From NCBI GenBank assembly GCA_964270895.1, contig OZ185437.1: a DNA stretch of 64,000 nucleotides, one strand, 5' to 3'. Below, piece by piece: positions 13,692-27,392 of this stretch (position 1 is its first letter; the number at the start of each line of letters is the position of its first letter). Source of the stretch: Podarcis filfolensis. Its lineage: Eukaryota. The position numbers were made by a program, and so were the translations under genes. The notes under the pieces are model-generated. The model searched no databases. It had not been told where the DNA came from and was given only the letters and a program-made list of their open reading frames with translations.

Positions 13692-15142
13692 CAATAGCAA
13701 AAAGTATTTGAAGTGGAGTTTGTTGAGGGAGGGGGCATTCGATAAAGTGGACAGAGACTTGATTGGCACGTAACACTATGCCAAACCTTAGGGAAATCAG
13801 AGCACATGGGCACTTTCAGGAAAAAAATTGTGGCTGATTACTCCTTCCCTAGTCTGGCTTAGCATTTTGTGTGAACCTGGGTTTTTGGTTCTTGTAGTTT
13901 GGCAGCAGGAAAACTGAAAAGAAGCAGCCACTGTTTTTACTGTGAGTATCTACATGCTCATGTGTTGTCACATAGCCATGTTTTGGCGTAGCATTATATA
14001 TGAACTTGGCCTTACTTGGTTCAAATTTTAGTTTCAAACAAAATGGAATCTTCCCTGGAAATTTATTTATGTACTTCCTAGGGATAGTACCTGAAAGAAA
14101 GATAATTACAAGTTAGATTTTAGATTTGACTACTATTCCAATTGCACAACTCATCCTGTTTGGTGTTTACCATCATATTACTATTTAATTTTAAGAAACA
14201 CTACATTTCTAAACTCAGAGAAAAAATTCACTCAGTCACTGTTTTAAAACAGGTCTCTGGAAGTCACTAAACTGGCACTGTACTTCAAAATATCATCATA
14301 TCAGAGTGCTTTGCGAATTGATCTATTTCCTGAGAATACTGAGAGCGCTCTTAGTTTCTAGCTTCTCTGTTGTCACTACATTTCTAATACTGTTTATAGC
14401 TGCTTCTTTTTAAACACCGAGTAACTATTCTCGTGAAATTGTTACAGTGAGTTTGTTTTCAGAATATAAATATTTTTATGGACCCTGAAGTTTTACTAGC
14501 TAAGTTGATAACTAATCTTTCACAGATATTTTCTGTCTACAAGTGCCATGGACCTCTGGACTTGCATGTATACGTAATTTCATTTAATAGGCATTTTCTG
14601 TAATACTTCATGGAAGTTTATCAGTCTGGCATTGCCAAATTATGAAGCAGTTTTCCACTAACAAGTATTGATTAGTCTTAAATTCTGTCAGCCGTTGTGA
14701 TTTTAAAGAGTTTAGTTGTTCATAAATGTGATTAGAAATGTACTTTGTTACATTTTTTAGTTTTGGGAATACTCAGACAATTTTGTACTTTTTTAAAATA
14801 AAGGTTTCTCTTTTAAAGACTTCTAATTCTCTGACACTGAGTTTACACACTGCGAATCAATATCATGGACAGCACCTAATGAGTCCCAACAGGGGGAGCT
14901 ATTATTAATAATAATAGTTTGAGTTGCACCTACTACAATAACTGTTCAATTTGTAAAACCATTATTTTCTAAGTACCTCAGTCCTTTCTAACTGGACATG
15001 CTTAGTCTGTAATATTATGTGCTTCTACATAGCATGGGCTTTTTCATTGACATTGGTGCCTGCTTCTTTGTGTATTTGTGTATTTTGTGTGCCCCCGTTC
15101 CTGTTCTTAATTTGTAAAAAATAATATTGTATATATTTTCAG

Positions 15143-15206
15143 GTCATCCAAGTCTCATCCAGGACCTGTTGTCCATATTAGTGACAATCCAATGGATGAA
15201 GGCAAG
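15143..15206 (+). CDS. STXBP5: STXBP5 exon (~6), 64 nt: SSKSHPGPVVHISDNPMDEGK
   Basis: Acceptor atattttcag, donor AAG|gtatgt; phase 2 to 0. Confidence 0.96.
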
Positions 15207-17273
15207 GTATGTTAAAACTTGAAAATGAAAAAAAAATTGTTTAAGAGTTGAATTGTTTCTTAACATTAGCTTATTTCACTTAGCATCTCTGTTTTGGATG
15301 CTAATAGTTTGTAAAACAATGTGAGGTGTCAGGTGCAATGTCCGACTTCAAACTGTAATATTTTGTTGGGAAAGACTTTGATCTCCCTAGGTGAGAGAGG
15401 TATGGAAAGTGTTGTGTTGCTCTGGGTGAGAGATGGCTTTTTTGTTTCTATTCTTCTTTTTCTCCTTATTCATTGGACTTTCTAATGTTGAAGTGCTCTT
15501 ATTCAATAGAGCTATCTTTTTGTGCATGCCTATTGGTTGTTGCTTGTTTTATTGAAGGGAGAGCTAAGTGTGGTACAAGGAGTGTGTGAATGCTTCCCGA
15601 TTGGGGGTGACAGCATGGCTCCTGAATTCTTGTTTTTTATCATGTGTTAGGTTTTTTTTGTAATAGTTATGAGATTTTCTTGATATATGCCACAGTTAGG
15701 TTTTATTTTGATGTGTTTTGATGTATTTTGGTGTTTTGTATAGGCTTCAATTATATGGTATATATTTTATTTATGTGCTTAGTTACATGGTTCTGAAATC
15801 AACTGTTACTTAAAATGTGGAAATTACTTTTATTACTATTAGCAACAGTTTTGAATATTAAATTACTGCATTTTTAGTTTTTAGGTTTGTTGACATACAT
15901 AAACTGCTTAGAGATTTATGTTGAAATATGCATGTTAAGTACATACGTTTATTAATAATAGGAATAGAATTTGGAAGTTCTGGTGAGAACCATGTTTAGC
16001 TGTAAATATCTGTGTCAAGATGCCCTTATCAATAACTATTTGGATGAAGTGTTTTATATTCCTTTGCAAAAGTGGCCACACAAACCCACACCTGGGGAAA
16101 TGTGTAGACTGCATTGGGAGCCACACAGGGGTCACTGCTGTGGGCTAATTGAAGCAAAAAAAAAAAAAAAATCCAGTGGAGAATGGGTAAAACAATTATC
16201 CTCTTCATTACTTTTATACTATAAAGCCCTCTTCCTCCACTGAAGGACATGATAGGGCTTAGAAACCTATTCTTACTGAAAAGATAAGGTCCTTATTGTG
16301 AATTAACATTAAAAAAGGTTTATGTCCATCCTTCACGATTCATTCATGTATAATTTTGTGCTCTTCTAAGAACAACAACTGAAGTGCCTTGTCATATGTC
16401 CTAGAGACTGATCCCCCAGAAAAACGGTAGTTAGTGGCAATGAAATCATCTCCAGCATCTGGACTATTATGCAAGCATCGCTATTGGATGTTCATAAGTA
16501 GCGGCTTATGACACAATGCTGTTTCAAAATTATATGTATAAAGCATACATAGACATCTTGCCAATGTAAACTCATACTTATGACATTTTAGTGACATTTT
16601 TAGGCAGTATACATAATTTGTATACAAGAAAGAGATCTAATTTTCCACATTTACTGGATTAAATGGAATTTAGTACTTCAGAATGCTTTTTTTAGTAGGA
16701 TTATGATATAAATCTTAAATATTAGAAAATCCTCTCGATATTCTGATACTAGGATTAAAAAGGGATCTTAAAGATATTTCTGTGCAAATGTGGGCGGGGG
16801 CCTTACATAATAACAGTTTTGACACAGGTGCATACCAGATTGGTGAAGATTATTTCCAAGCGGCAGGAGGCATTTTATGAAGTGTGCAGTAAAGTTACGA
16901 CAGATTTTCCTCTTTAATACCTTTGCTGTGAAAAAACATGACTTTTTAAAAATATATTGGTTCTTTTAGAGTGACTTTTTAGGACTCTAGGTTTCCAGTT
17001 TTGAAATTTTTACGTAGTGGATTTTTAGAATGGCTTAAAACTATTTTTCTCCCTAAATTATTCAGTCAAACATACATTCTGTGTTTGTATAGAGTATAGA
17101 TGGAGGATTATCTGTGTCTTCAGTTACAGTTCTCATGCAGATGAATATCATGTATTGCTTCTCTCCGTAATAGTAGAAGATGATAGTTGGAAACGTTTAT
17201 TTTTTAGAGTACCACACCAGTCAACCAACTAGTTTGATCCTGATGCTGACCCTTGCTTAATAGCTGACTGTTG

Positions 17274-17447
17274 TATGGGGAATCCCTGCTTACGCGAGGT
17301 TTCCGTTCGTGGCCACTGCACACATCAGTAGGACGTGCGCAAGTCCTTCCCGTTCTGCTCCCACCTCCATTCCACCCCCCTTTGGCACTAAAAATGGTGC
17401 GTGTGTCACACATGTGGTGGTTATGCACAAGTGGGGAGCTGCCTGTA
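17274..17447. mobile_element. Degraded Tc1/mariner (Tigger-like) MITE
   Basis: TA-bounded, with degenerate TIRs tatggggaatccctgcttacgc versus tgcacaagtggggagctgcctgta; CpG-rich relative to the flanks. Confidence 0.4.
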
Positions 17448-18061
17448 TTTCAATTCAAGAGCTGATTATTTTTGGTGGTCTGGTTTTATATTTCATCTGT
17501 GAAAGACTGCAAAAAGTTCTAGTTCAATACCATGTGCAGTCTCCATGCTAAAAACTAATATTCAAGTCGATGTAATATGGTCCACCTTAAATGTACACAA
17601 ACTACAAAAACAGAATTATTATTTTTGAGTTCGCAATAAAGGAGCATTGCACAAAATTAAAACAAACCACTTCAGGCACAGGTGAGATATTTTATTTCAG
17701 TTTTTCTGTGTCTTAAAAGGGCAAAATGCATACTAGAACTGTGTCTTAAAAACACAAAACAGCCACTTTTCCTGTTACATAGTTTTCATCATGCAGTGTG
17801 TGGGTTTTTTTAGATGGAGTTGCATATGAATATTCCTGTATTTGTACAGTCTAGGGTGTATCTTTCTGCATATCTGAATTGGTTCTTATTTATTTACATT
17901 AGGGTCAATCTTTTCCTTTGACCCTTTTGGTAGTGAGTCATTTAGAATATTCTACATTTTAAGTCCAGTTGCAGTGTGATAAGTGGCTGGTGACCCTGCA
18001 TACTTGAAGAAGAGGAGGAGACAAACTATATTGGGGAATTTAGTAATAGTAGTAGCAGCAG

Positions 18062-19150
18062 AAAAACATCTACTTCTGCTTCATTGACTACGCAAAAGCA
18101 TTTGACTGTGTCGACCACAGCAAACTATGGCAAGTTCTTAAAGAAATGGGAGTTCCTGATCACCTCATCTGTCTCCTGAGAAATCTCTATGTGGGACAAG
18201 AAGTTACAGTTGGAACTGGATATGGAATAACTGATTGGTTCAAAATTGGGAAAGGAGTATGACAAGGCTGTATATTGTCTCCCTGCTTATTTAACTTATA
18301 TGCGGAATTCATCATGCGAAAGGCTGGGCTGGATGAATCCCAAACTGGAATTAAGATTGCCGGAAGAAATATCAACAACCTCCAATATGCAGATGACACA
18401 ACCTTGATGGCAGAAAGTGAGGAGGAATTGAAGAACCTTTTAATGAGGGTGAAAGAGGAGAGTGCAAAATATGGTCTGAAGCTCAACATCAAAAAAACGA
18501 AGATCATGGCCACTGGTCCCATCATCTCCTGGCAAATAGAAGGGGAAGAAATGGAGGCAGTGAGAGATTTTACTTTCTTGGGCTCCATGATCACTGCAGA
18601 TGGTGACAGCAGACACGAAATTAAAAGACGCCTGCTTCTTGGGAGAAAAGCAATGACGAGCCTAGACAGCATCTTAAAAAGCAGAGACATCACCTTGCTG
18701 ACAAAGGTCCGTATAGTTAAAGCTATGGTTTTCCCAGTAGTGATGTATGGAAGTGAGAGCTGGACCATAAAGAAGGCTGATCGCTGAAGAATTGATGCTT
18801 TAGAATTATGGTGCTGGAGGAGACTCTTGAGAGACCCATGGACTCCAAGAAGATCAAACCTACCCATTCTTAAGGAAATCAGCCCTGAGTGCTCACTGGA
18901 AGGACAGATCGTGAAGCTGAGACTCCAATACTTGGGCCACCTCATGAGAAGAGAAGACTCCCTGGAAAAGACCCTGATGTTGGAAAAGATTGAGGGCACA
19001 AGAAGAAGGGGGCAAGATGGTTGGACAGTGTTCTCAAAGCTACCAACATGAGTTTGACCAAACTGCGGGAGGCAGTGGAAGACAGGAGTGCCTGGCGTGT
19101 TATGGTCCATGGGGTCACAAAGAGTGGGACACGATTAAAAACTAAACAAC
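18062..19150 (+). mobile_element. 5'-truncated BovB (RTE clade) LINE with a reverse-transcriptase C-terminal fragment
   Basis: Peptide NINNLQYADDTTLMAESEEELKNLLMRVKEESAKYGLKLNIKKTK (YADD catalytic motif) and ELWCWRRLLR; typical BovB 3' end; flanked by agtagcagcag at 18051-18061 and 19155-19165. In-frame TGA at 18260 and 18785, plus a small 3' deletion. Confidence 0.95.
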
Positions 19151-19963
19151 ACGAAGTAGCAGCAGCAGCAGCAGTAGTAGTATTTATACCTCTCATTTTT
19201 CCCTGATAGGATTCAAGGTGCCTTACAGATTATAATAAGAATTGATAAAAACATAGAAAAAGAATAATTAAAAAACCAATTAAACATTAATAGAATTAGG
19301 ACTATATACATATATAAAATCTGTTTAAGGCATACAAATAATTGCAGTAAAAGCATTGCAGAAAATCAAATAAGGACTCAGGTAATTTATTTTTCCTAAT
19401 CAACCTTGTATCACGTTTTAAGATTAGTGTTTCTTCAGGGTAATAATCAGACTATGCATGCAGAATAATTCAGTTCACTACACTGCATCTGCTTCATATA
19501 AATGGTTTGCCACAAGCTGGGAGTTTCAGTCTGTGGTGATCTTTATTTCGTAGATTTAATACCTCTGTGTGTTCATCCATGGGTGGATTCATTTAATTCG
19601 ATTGAGACTGAAGCAACCATGAGACTATTTGTCTGTCTTTTTCTGACAATTCAAGTGTACTTTAAACAGTCTTTGAAATTGCATATCATAGTATCTGTAT
19701 ATTTCTTTTATGTCGGAATAGTCTGTCAGTAGGCATGTCCTAAACACTGGGTTTAGTATTTAAAATATATTTCATCTTTTGGTGTCTCTGATAGTATTGT
19801 TACAGTTTTAGGATATTGTTACCTTTTAGTATTATGCTTCTATAATTGTCCTTAACATTTGCATTTTAATCCAGTTTAGAATTGAATCACATGTATTCAG
19901 GTACTAGAAATGACTCATTTTCATTCCCAGAAAATTAATATTTTCTTTGGTTATTTATTACAG

Positions 19964-20047
19964 CTATTGATTGGTTTTGAATCAGGAACAGTAGCATTAT
20001 GGGACCTCAAATGCAAGAAGGCAGATTACAGATACACACATGACGAG
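19964..20047 (+). CDS. STXBP5: STXBP5 exon (~7), 84 nt: LLIGFESGTVALWDLKCKKADYRYTHDE
   Basis: Acceptor ttattacag, donor GAG|gtaacc; phase 0 to 0. Confidence 0.96.
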
Positions 20048-21762
20048 GTAACCGAAGTTATTAATCTGGCAGGTTTTTGTATTAGAATTAAAGCAGTTTT
20101 GTAGTTTAACATTAGAAACATAGTTATTTGCTTGTGTTTGTCTGGAACGATCTTCCCCAACCTGTTGCATTTAACATGTTTTAGCTGTGCTGACTGGGAT
20201 TGACAGGCGTTTTCATCCATAACATCTGGAGGGCACTACAATTCTATGATTCTATTCTATATGTATACGAGTTACACAGATTCATACATTAACACGTTGA
20301 AGCATTGCTGAAAAAAACTTCATAAGATAGCAACAGATTTGGGAATAAAGTTTCTGAGGTTGCTAAACTTGCATGTGCTATATGGACTTCAGTGTAGTGT
20401 GTGTATTTAATAGTTCTTAACTACAGCATCTGAATGTTAATGTTGAAGACATGGGGGAATGGGGGTGTAGAGATTAAGAGAGAAATGCAGGAAAATGTCA
20501 GAGGTTTGGATAGACCAACCTCCCCCCTCCCACAAGAAAGTGGCTACAGTAAAGATTGCACATGTATGCTTCTCTCATGCTGCTGTATGGTGTCAGACAG
20601 CAATACACAGGCTTCAGTCTAAGCAGATTTTTTGCCCTGCAAAAAGGGATGGATAGGGAGATTGGCTTCTAAAGTGACTATGGAAGAGGGTTATATATTT
20701 TTCTTAGCCCAGCTATCTCTATACTTTGGTGACAGAGAGAGGCTATATTTCTGTACAGTTGAAGCAATCAAGGGTGTAGTAAGGGTGCAATTACACTCAG
20801 GTGAAGCATTCTCTGATGTCTCTCTATCCTCCAATGATGTGGAGGGATGTCAGGGTAAACAAGTAGCAATCCTTGCTTATCTGCTTCTCACTCCCCATTC
20901 CCCACCCCAGTTCATTACAGGTTCCCAGTTTGGTTTTTCTAGAACCTCAGAAAGCATCTGTATCTGTGTCTAAAGTGTGGAGTGGACGAGAAACATAGTT
21001 TCCTCCTATAATTAAATGTGTATGAACGTCAGAAAATGAAGAAAGCTTTAGCAAACCATTATGTGTTTAGGTTCAGCAGTGACTAGTTTGGGCCAGCAAC
21101 TATACATTTGCATTTTAAATGAAGTGACATTTTTAGATCTGTGGAAAAGGAACTGATTATCTTAAACACCATAACTGACTCATCCATTCTGCTCTCTGGA
21201 TTAATGAAGTAGGGAATTTGAAAAATGCTTTTCTGTTAATTGTTGGCTATGTGCTTCTAGGCATAGTTTTGAAGAGCAATTGGCACAAGGAGAATGGGGA
21301 TTAAACATGGCCATAATTTTACTGATCATAACATATTGGAGTTTGGCGCAGCAACAGGCAAGAATCTGTATCGGGCATACACATCTCCCAGCCCAGCCCA
21401 CCTACTGGGCAACCATGGCTGCTACTGTGAGTCCTGCTATCCACCTGGGTGTGTGGCAGCCATTCACCCATCCTACCCCTCTGAGCCTAGAGCCATAGTC
21501 TTTAAAGTGCCATCCTCAAGACCCCATTGGGGTCCCCTCATAAGCTTCAGATCCTGTCCAATGCACTGCCCCACTCAAAAAAACCTGATATGGCTGAAAC
21601 ATAAATACAACTGCTTCCTCTCTTTGAGGTAGGCAAAAACCTTTCAGCCTAGTTAGGCCAATTAAGACAGTATAATGTCTTTCCAACAAATGTCCACAGC
21701 AAAATCACACCTAGCAAAAGGAACGTGGGTTGGAAAACTGACAATTCCAATACTAGTGCTAT

Positions 21763-22110
21763 AAAAGGCAAAGGGACCCCTGACCATTAGGTCCACTCGT
21801 GACTGACTCTGGGGTTGCGGCGCTCATCTCGCTTTACTGGCTGAGGGAGCCAGCATACAGCTTCCAGGTCATGTGGCCAGCATGACTAAGCAGCTTCTGG
21901 CGAACCAGAGCAGTGCACAGAAACGCCGTTTACCTTCCCACCGGAGCAGTACCTATTGATCTACTTGCACTTTGATGTGCTTTTGAACTGCTAGGTTGGC
22001 AGGATCAGGGACTGAGCAACGGGAGCTCACCCCATCGCGAAGATTCAAACCGCCGACCTTTTGATCGGCAACCCCTAGGCTCTGGTTTAACTCACAGAGC
22101 CACCCACGTC
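21763..22110 (-). mobile_element. Sauria/Squam1-type tRNA-derived SINE, copy 1
   Basis: Reverse complement of the 58102 copy; tail aaagggacccctgaccattagg; more diverged than the other two copies. Confidence 0.9.
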
Positions 22111-24558
22111 TGAAGACATCTTCAATTTTGACTGATTCTAGTTCTCTCCAGGTATACTTCAGAATTCTAGCACCCTAATCCATGCAAACAGTGATTCAGA
22201 CCACAGCACCACCCACGTCCCTATAGCCTATGCTTTATTTATACCATAGGAATGGACCAGCAGGAATAAATTCCCACATTGATCCATTTCACAAGCCTTC
22301 CCCCTGAGGTCAGGCAGGCTGTTGATTGGCCTCCAGAGTCAGGCCAGGTAGAATGCAGTGTGGCCAACCCCCCAACCAGGGAGGGAGACCTCCCCGCAGC
22401 TTTTGTCCATGTCAGTGGCACAATGCTGCCTCACCACAAAATGGTGGAGAGATGGGGATTCTGTTTCTGGTTTTTTTTTGTAATACTTAGGTTATGTAAT
22501 TGTATCGTATTCTTATTACCAACTGCCCTAGGATATATTCCTATAAAGGAATACCATAAATAAATACCTCTCAACAAGTTCTCTTCCAGTTCATGTGCAT
22601 AAACTTTCAGTATTCTGATTACACTGCTGACTTGCAGCTATCATCATAATCCTCTCTTTTTTAGTCAGTTTACCTCATAGCTTGGGACACTGAGAACTAC
22701 TTCACACAGTACTCCATATACCCTGTTTGGTACTTACTGCTGTAAATGCGTAAAGGGAAAACATGTACAATACTGAACTTTTGTATTGCAGTTGAACCAT
22801 TTCTTTTTTCATTGGGAAAATGAATATCTATTGTGATGCTGAATAATGTGTGCAATAAGTATTTTTCAATATTCTAGGAGTCCTCAATTCAGCTGTTGTG
22901 TTTATAGCATCCTAAGATTAAAGTAATTATAGCTTAAAAGACTGCAGTCTATGCAGGAAGTTTGGATATGAAGAAGGGAAATAGGAGCACAGTAAAATGA
23001 CAAATTGAGGCCCTGTGATTACTTTTTTCTAATGGTTAAATAAGAAATCTATATAAATAACATGTGAGCTAAGAGGGGAGATGTTTTTGGTTTTTTGCTG
23101 TGTATTTAAATTTAGCCAAAGACAGGAATTAGACTCATCCTTGATGTAGCCTATGAGGAACAAAGCCATGGGTCATATTCTCCATTTCCATTCACTGTTT
23201 CTTTTGTAACCACAAAGAGAAGCTTTTGATTTTCAAGTAACCACAGTTCCCCTTGATGTCCAAACATGGAAAAACTTGTTTGTTTTCATGACTAGAGAAA
23301 ACAAATTGGTTTAGACCCATGATTTCACATCCTGACTTGTTTTCAAACCATAGTTTAAACAAACCCCCATTTTCTAAGTTTGGATATTGTGAGAAATTTC
23401 AACTAAAATAGAAAGCAGGAGCTTTGAATCTCCTTGCAGGCACAAAAGAGGTAAAATGAGGAGGTTCACCCTAATTTTTTTTATAGCAGGAAACTTTAAA
23501 TTCTAACTTGTCCTGTCTTCTTAATCATCAGATAATTAAACTTTGTCTTTCTAAAATATAACTTTTTGGTTGCAGAATATTGGGCTTCTGATTACATATT
23601 GTCATGCATGCCAGCTATAGAAGCTAGAGTTGCTGTAACAATGCAGTTACTTCTTTTTTTGACAGAGTCAAGAATTTCTTATGCTGTATTTACTCTACAA
23701 AAAATGTGACACATAACTATTTTACTACTTCATTTCACATTTCTTGTTCTATGTAAAGTCACAATTCTGTGTGGGATTTCAGATGCAATTGGAAACTGCC
23801 TTAGTAATGAGTAATTTTAAACTTGCAAATGAACAGTAGAAGCAGCCTATTTGAAGGGTAACGTTCCTATTTCTGTTTGGATGCATAGTTTCTGGTAACA
23901 TTATTTGTACTTAAAGTAAAAATAAGACAGCTATTGAATCATTGGCTGCTATGGATTCTCACTTCATGAACATTGGCTAAGGGCAGTTTCAATATTCTTC
24001 CAACATGCAGATTGCAAAAAAAAAAAAAGCAAAAAAGCCATACAGTATCTAAGAAAGTGCTCATGTGAAGGTGGTAGTAACATTTGTAAATTTTCCTTAT
24101 TGTATAACTGAGTGTTATACAATTGTGCCAACATAACCCTTGCGATGACCAAACTGTTGTGAATATATTTGCCTTGGATCCATAATGCCCCCTTCCAGTC
24201 TGGGATATTTTATTCTGTATTGTGGTATTAAAATGTTCCTGTTTTAGAAAGGGAGAGGAGTAGAGGAAGGAGCCCCAATATGTGCAGCTAGGAGGAATAA
24301 CACCATTTTAGAAAACTGATCATTTTCTACCTGAAGTGCTTTATTATATTCAGAGTGGCATCACTACCAATTTATCACACAAGAGCAACGCTCCAGCAGC
24401 AATAAGAGCTCTAATCTGGAAGCAGTTTATGAATATTTGTGGTGCTATTTCTAATCTGCTTGTTATCCCCACAGTAAATTTTGGCAAGTTGGACTTACGA
24501 GTTATGCTGATGAGCAGGGACAAACCTTAGCAAATACCGCATGTTTATCCTTTGGATG

Positions 24559-24950
24559 AAGATGCTCTCAGGTGGGGTATGAGCTCCCTCTAGCACTTGA
24601 AGGCAGGATTGCCGCTGAATTGGAGAGTTTTGCTCCCAACTGACCAGCCCCCAGCAGTTTTTTATTCCTGCCTTTGTGCTGAGATGTTGTGTCCCAAACT
24701 CTCCATTCAGCTTCGCTCAAACTTGACTGTGTTTGTCTGTGTACCTGTGTTTCTGGAGTTTGTCTTTGTGCTGTTGGTATTGCTTGTTTTTTTTTTTAAG
24801 GGTTGTGTCTGTCATGTTATTTGTGTGAGGCAAAAGCTAGTGTGAGCTATCTCTCATTCTGAGTTTGGGGTGTCTTGCGTAGTTTAATGTTTGCATCTTG
24901 CAGGGGTATTGTGTTGATTGTTGATTGGTTGTTATTTCCCACTACATTTT
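24559..24950. repeat. Unclassified interspersed repeat, related to 40146-40560
   Basis: First 63 nt are 54/63 identical to 40146-40208; both continue into GT-rich sequence sharing gtagtttaatgtttg. Confidence 0.55.
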
Positions 24951-27329
24951 TCCTTCCTCTCTGGCAACTTGGTTGTTTCTTTTTGACTTTTTCTTTTTGG
25001 TCATATTGCTTCCTTTCCCCCTTTTCTTAGATAGGCAGCTTAGTGGCCTGTGACTGTGTGAGGAATTTTTAACAGCTGCTCTGTTCTCCTTCCTGCCATT
25101 TTTGAAGCCCCACCAGAGCTCTGAACTATCAACCACAGCAGATCTGCACTTAGTTAGATCACCTATCCTGCAAAGCAATGGCCAGCAACTACTGGATTAT
25201 GGTTCCCCCATTGGTTCCAGACAATTTGCTGCTGCAACTTTGAGGAAATAGTAGGCCATGGAAAAGAAAACACTGCTGAAGGCTAAAACCCTTATGGCAA
25301 TGCATAAGTCTCTACTTAATCACTGCATTTCTCAGTTGGCATCAACTTCTGGTGTGCAGGGCTCCAGCTCTGAGTCCATTTTCATTGGGTGAGGCTATTA
25401 CCCTTCATTGTGTCCCAGGTACTATAACTGCTATGTCTGTCGCTGAGAGAGCCTCTAAAGCTGCCATGTCAAAGGCAGCCCACCAAAAGGAGTCTGGTCT
25501 AATTTCCCGCTCTTTTCTTCAGGCTTGGTTACACAAATATCAGTACAGGTAATCAAAACTGTCAAGTACGCCTAGTGCTTCATCACTACTGCTATTTCCC
25601 CCTGACATACTATTGGCGTGGCTCTACCTCAGCCTCAGCTGAATACTGAAAAGCTTCAGCAATTCAAAGAGGCACTGTTGTCAGACTTATATAAAGACTT
25701 ACCTGGATCTGTCCAGCAGGCTAAACACCAATTTCCATCTCTTTGATATCCTGAAGTCCTGAATCAAATAAAGGGAACTCTCCTTTCTGGTTTATTACAA
25801 AAAAACAAACAAACAAACAAAAAACAACCAACCCCACAAAGGACTTCCATCGTTGGGGCATAAAATATTCCTATTCTTTCAGCTGCTTTGGTTTACTTTC
25901 TGGTTGCCAGGGCTGTCATTCCCTGAGGAAGTTCCTCTCAAATGGCCATTGTCTGAGGAGGTTAGAAGTAAAGTTTCCAGGTTTTCATGCAGTGCTGCAG
26001 GGCTTAGCAATTTCAAAGTGTAAAGAGCTGTCCAGTTTTAACAATTGAAAGACGTTGTGGACCCTGCATTAGATCTGTGAGAGACTAAATGGGACTGGAG
26101 TGTTGTTTCTGAATGCGAATAAATGAAAGAAAGAAATGGTCTCTAATAGACTGTTTTCAGGTCAAACAATGCCTACACGTATATTGTAAGGCCATGGCAG
26201 TACAGGATCTCAGTGCCCCAGGTGAGAATCCTGCCTCGTCTATATCACAGAAGCACCAGTCTTCCTGATGCAAAGCCTCATGGAAGAGCTGTTTCTGCTT
26301 CCATTCTGTTTCAGAAACTGGTCAGCCCTGAGTGGAATGAAGCTTTATAGTGTAGTCACTTGTATGTAAGGCTCCTGCCTTAATGGGTGATGTACGTTCC
26401 CTTTACCCAGAGTTCCTCAGCTGGATAAAAAGGATGCTAATCAGGAATTTGGGGAGATTGCATCAGTTACACAGGAGGTATTCATAAGACCCCCAAACAG
26501 GAGTTAAGGTATCATATTTCTTGTTTTCCATCCCTAAAATTTCATGGGCCAAGGAGTGAAGCTACTTGATTGTGTAGCATAAACACTGTCGCATCAGGGT
26601 AATCTGAACCGCCAGAGTGTTCCTACTGTGTTTGAGTGGTTATAAAGTTATTTCCTCCAACCTTTTCACACTAGAGATTAAGTGTGCCCGTTCCAGGCAG
26701 GGATATGAACCCTTTGGTTAGAGACAGGGGATAGTCCTCAAGCTGAGGCATTTTCCCACTCTTTTTCTGAAGGCACTAGAATATTAGGTTAAATGTTTCT
26801 CCTTATAGACCTGAATCTCCCCAACCTCTGAAGAGCCAGCAGGGTGTTGCCAAGGTAACAACAGACAAGCCTGTTGATTCTCTGCAGGGCCACTTTCAAA
26901 TCGGAATATGAATTGCTTCATGAGTTTGCATAAGGATGCAAAGGTTTTTTCTAAGAGATGGAGGCATTTCCAAGAGTTGCAGCACAGAGCCTCAATTTCC
27001 TTTTCTGACCAGCTGCAGTCCTAAATGAATTCATAGAATTATGCATCCATGAGGAGTTTGGGGCTGGCCATGTAGATACTCTGTTTGGTGAAATTAGAAA
27101 CGGGTTTGTCTTTTTTTAAGTTTCATCAGGCTTCAGCCATAGCCATCACTCGCTTTTTGCCAGGGTTCATTGGCAAACCAGTTCATTGGTTTAAGGAACG
27201 CCAGGGATATTAATTCTCTCTACCAGTTGTAAAACTTAGCAAATGTTTACTGAGGATGACAGAAGTTTTTTCTACCTACATCTAGGCAGTTGAGTAATAA
27301 GAGGTACAAACTTTAAATGAAATTGAAAT

Positions 27330-27392
27330 AACAATAACAATAATACCCCACCCATCTGGCTGGGTTTCTCCAGTCACTCTGGGCATCTCCCT
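27330..27392 (-). mobile_element. L2-like LINE 3' tail fragment
   Basis: cccacccatctggctgggtttctccagtcactctgggc preceded by an A-rich aacaat tail; similar to the tail at ~51393-51430. Confidence 0.6.

Noticed and set aside
18187-19110. Longest ORF in the track (307 aa, minus strand)
   Set aside because: It is the antisense frame of the BovB copy; BovB commonly gives long antisense ORFs that get mis-annotated. No independent sign of a gene.
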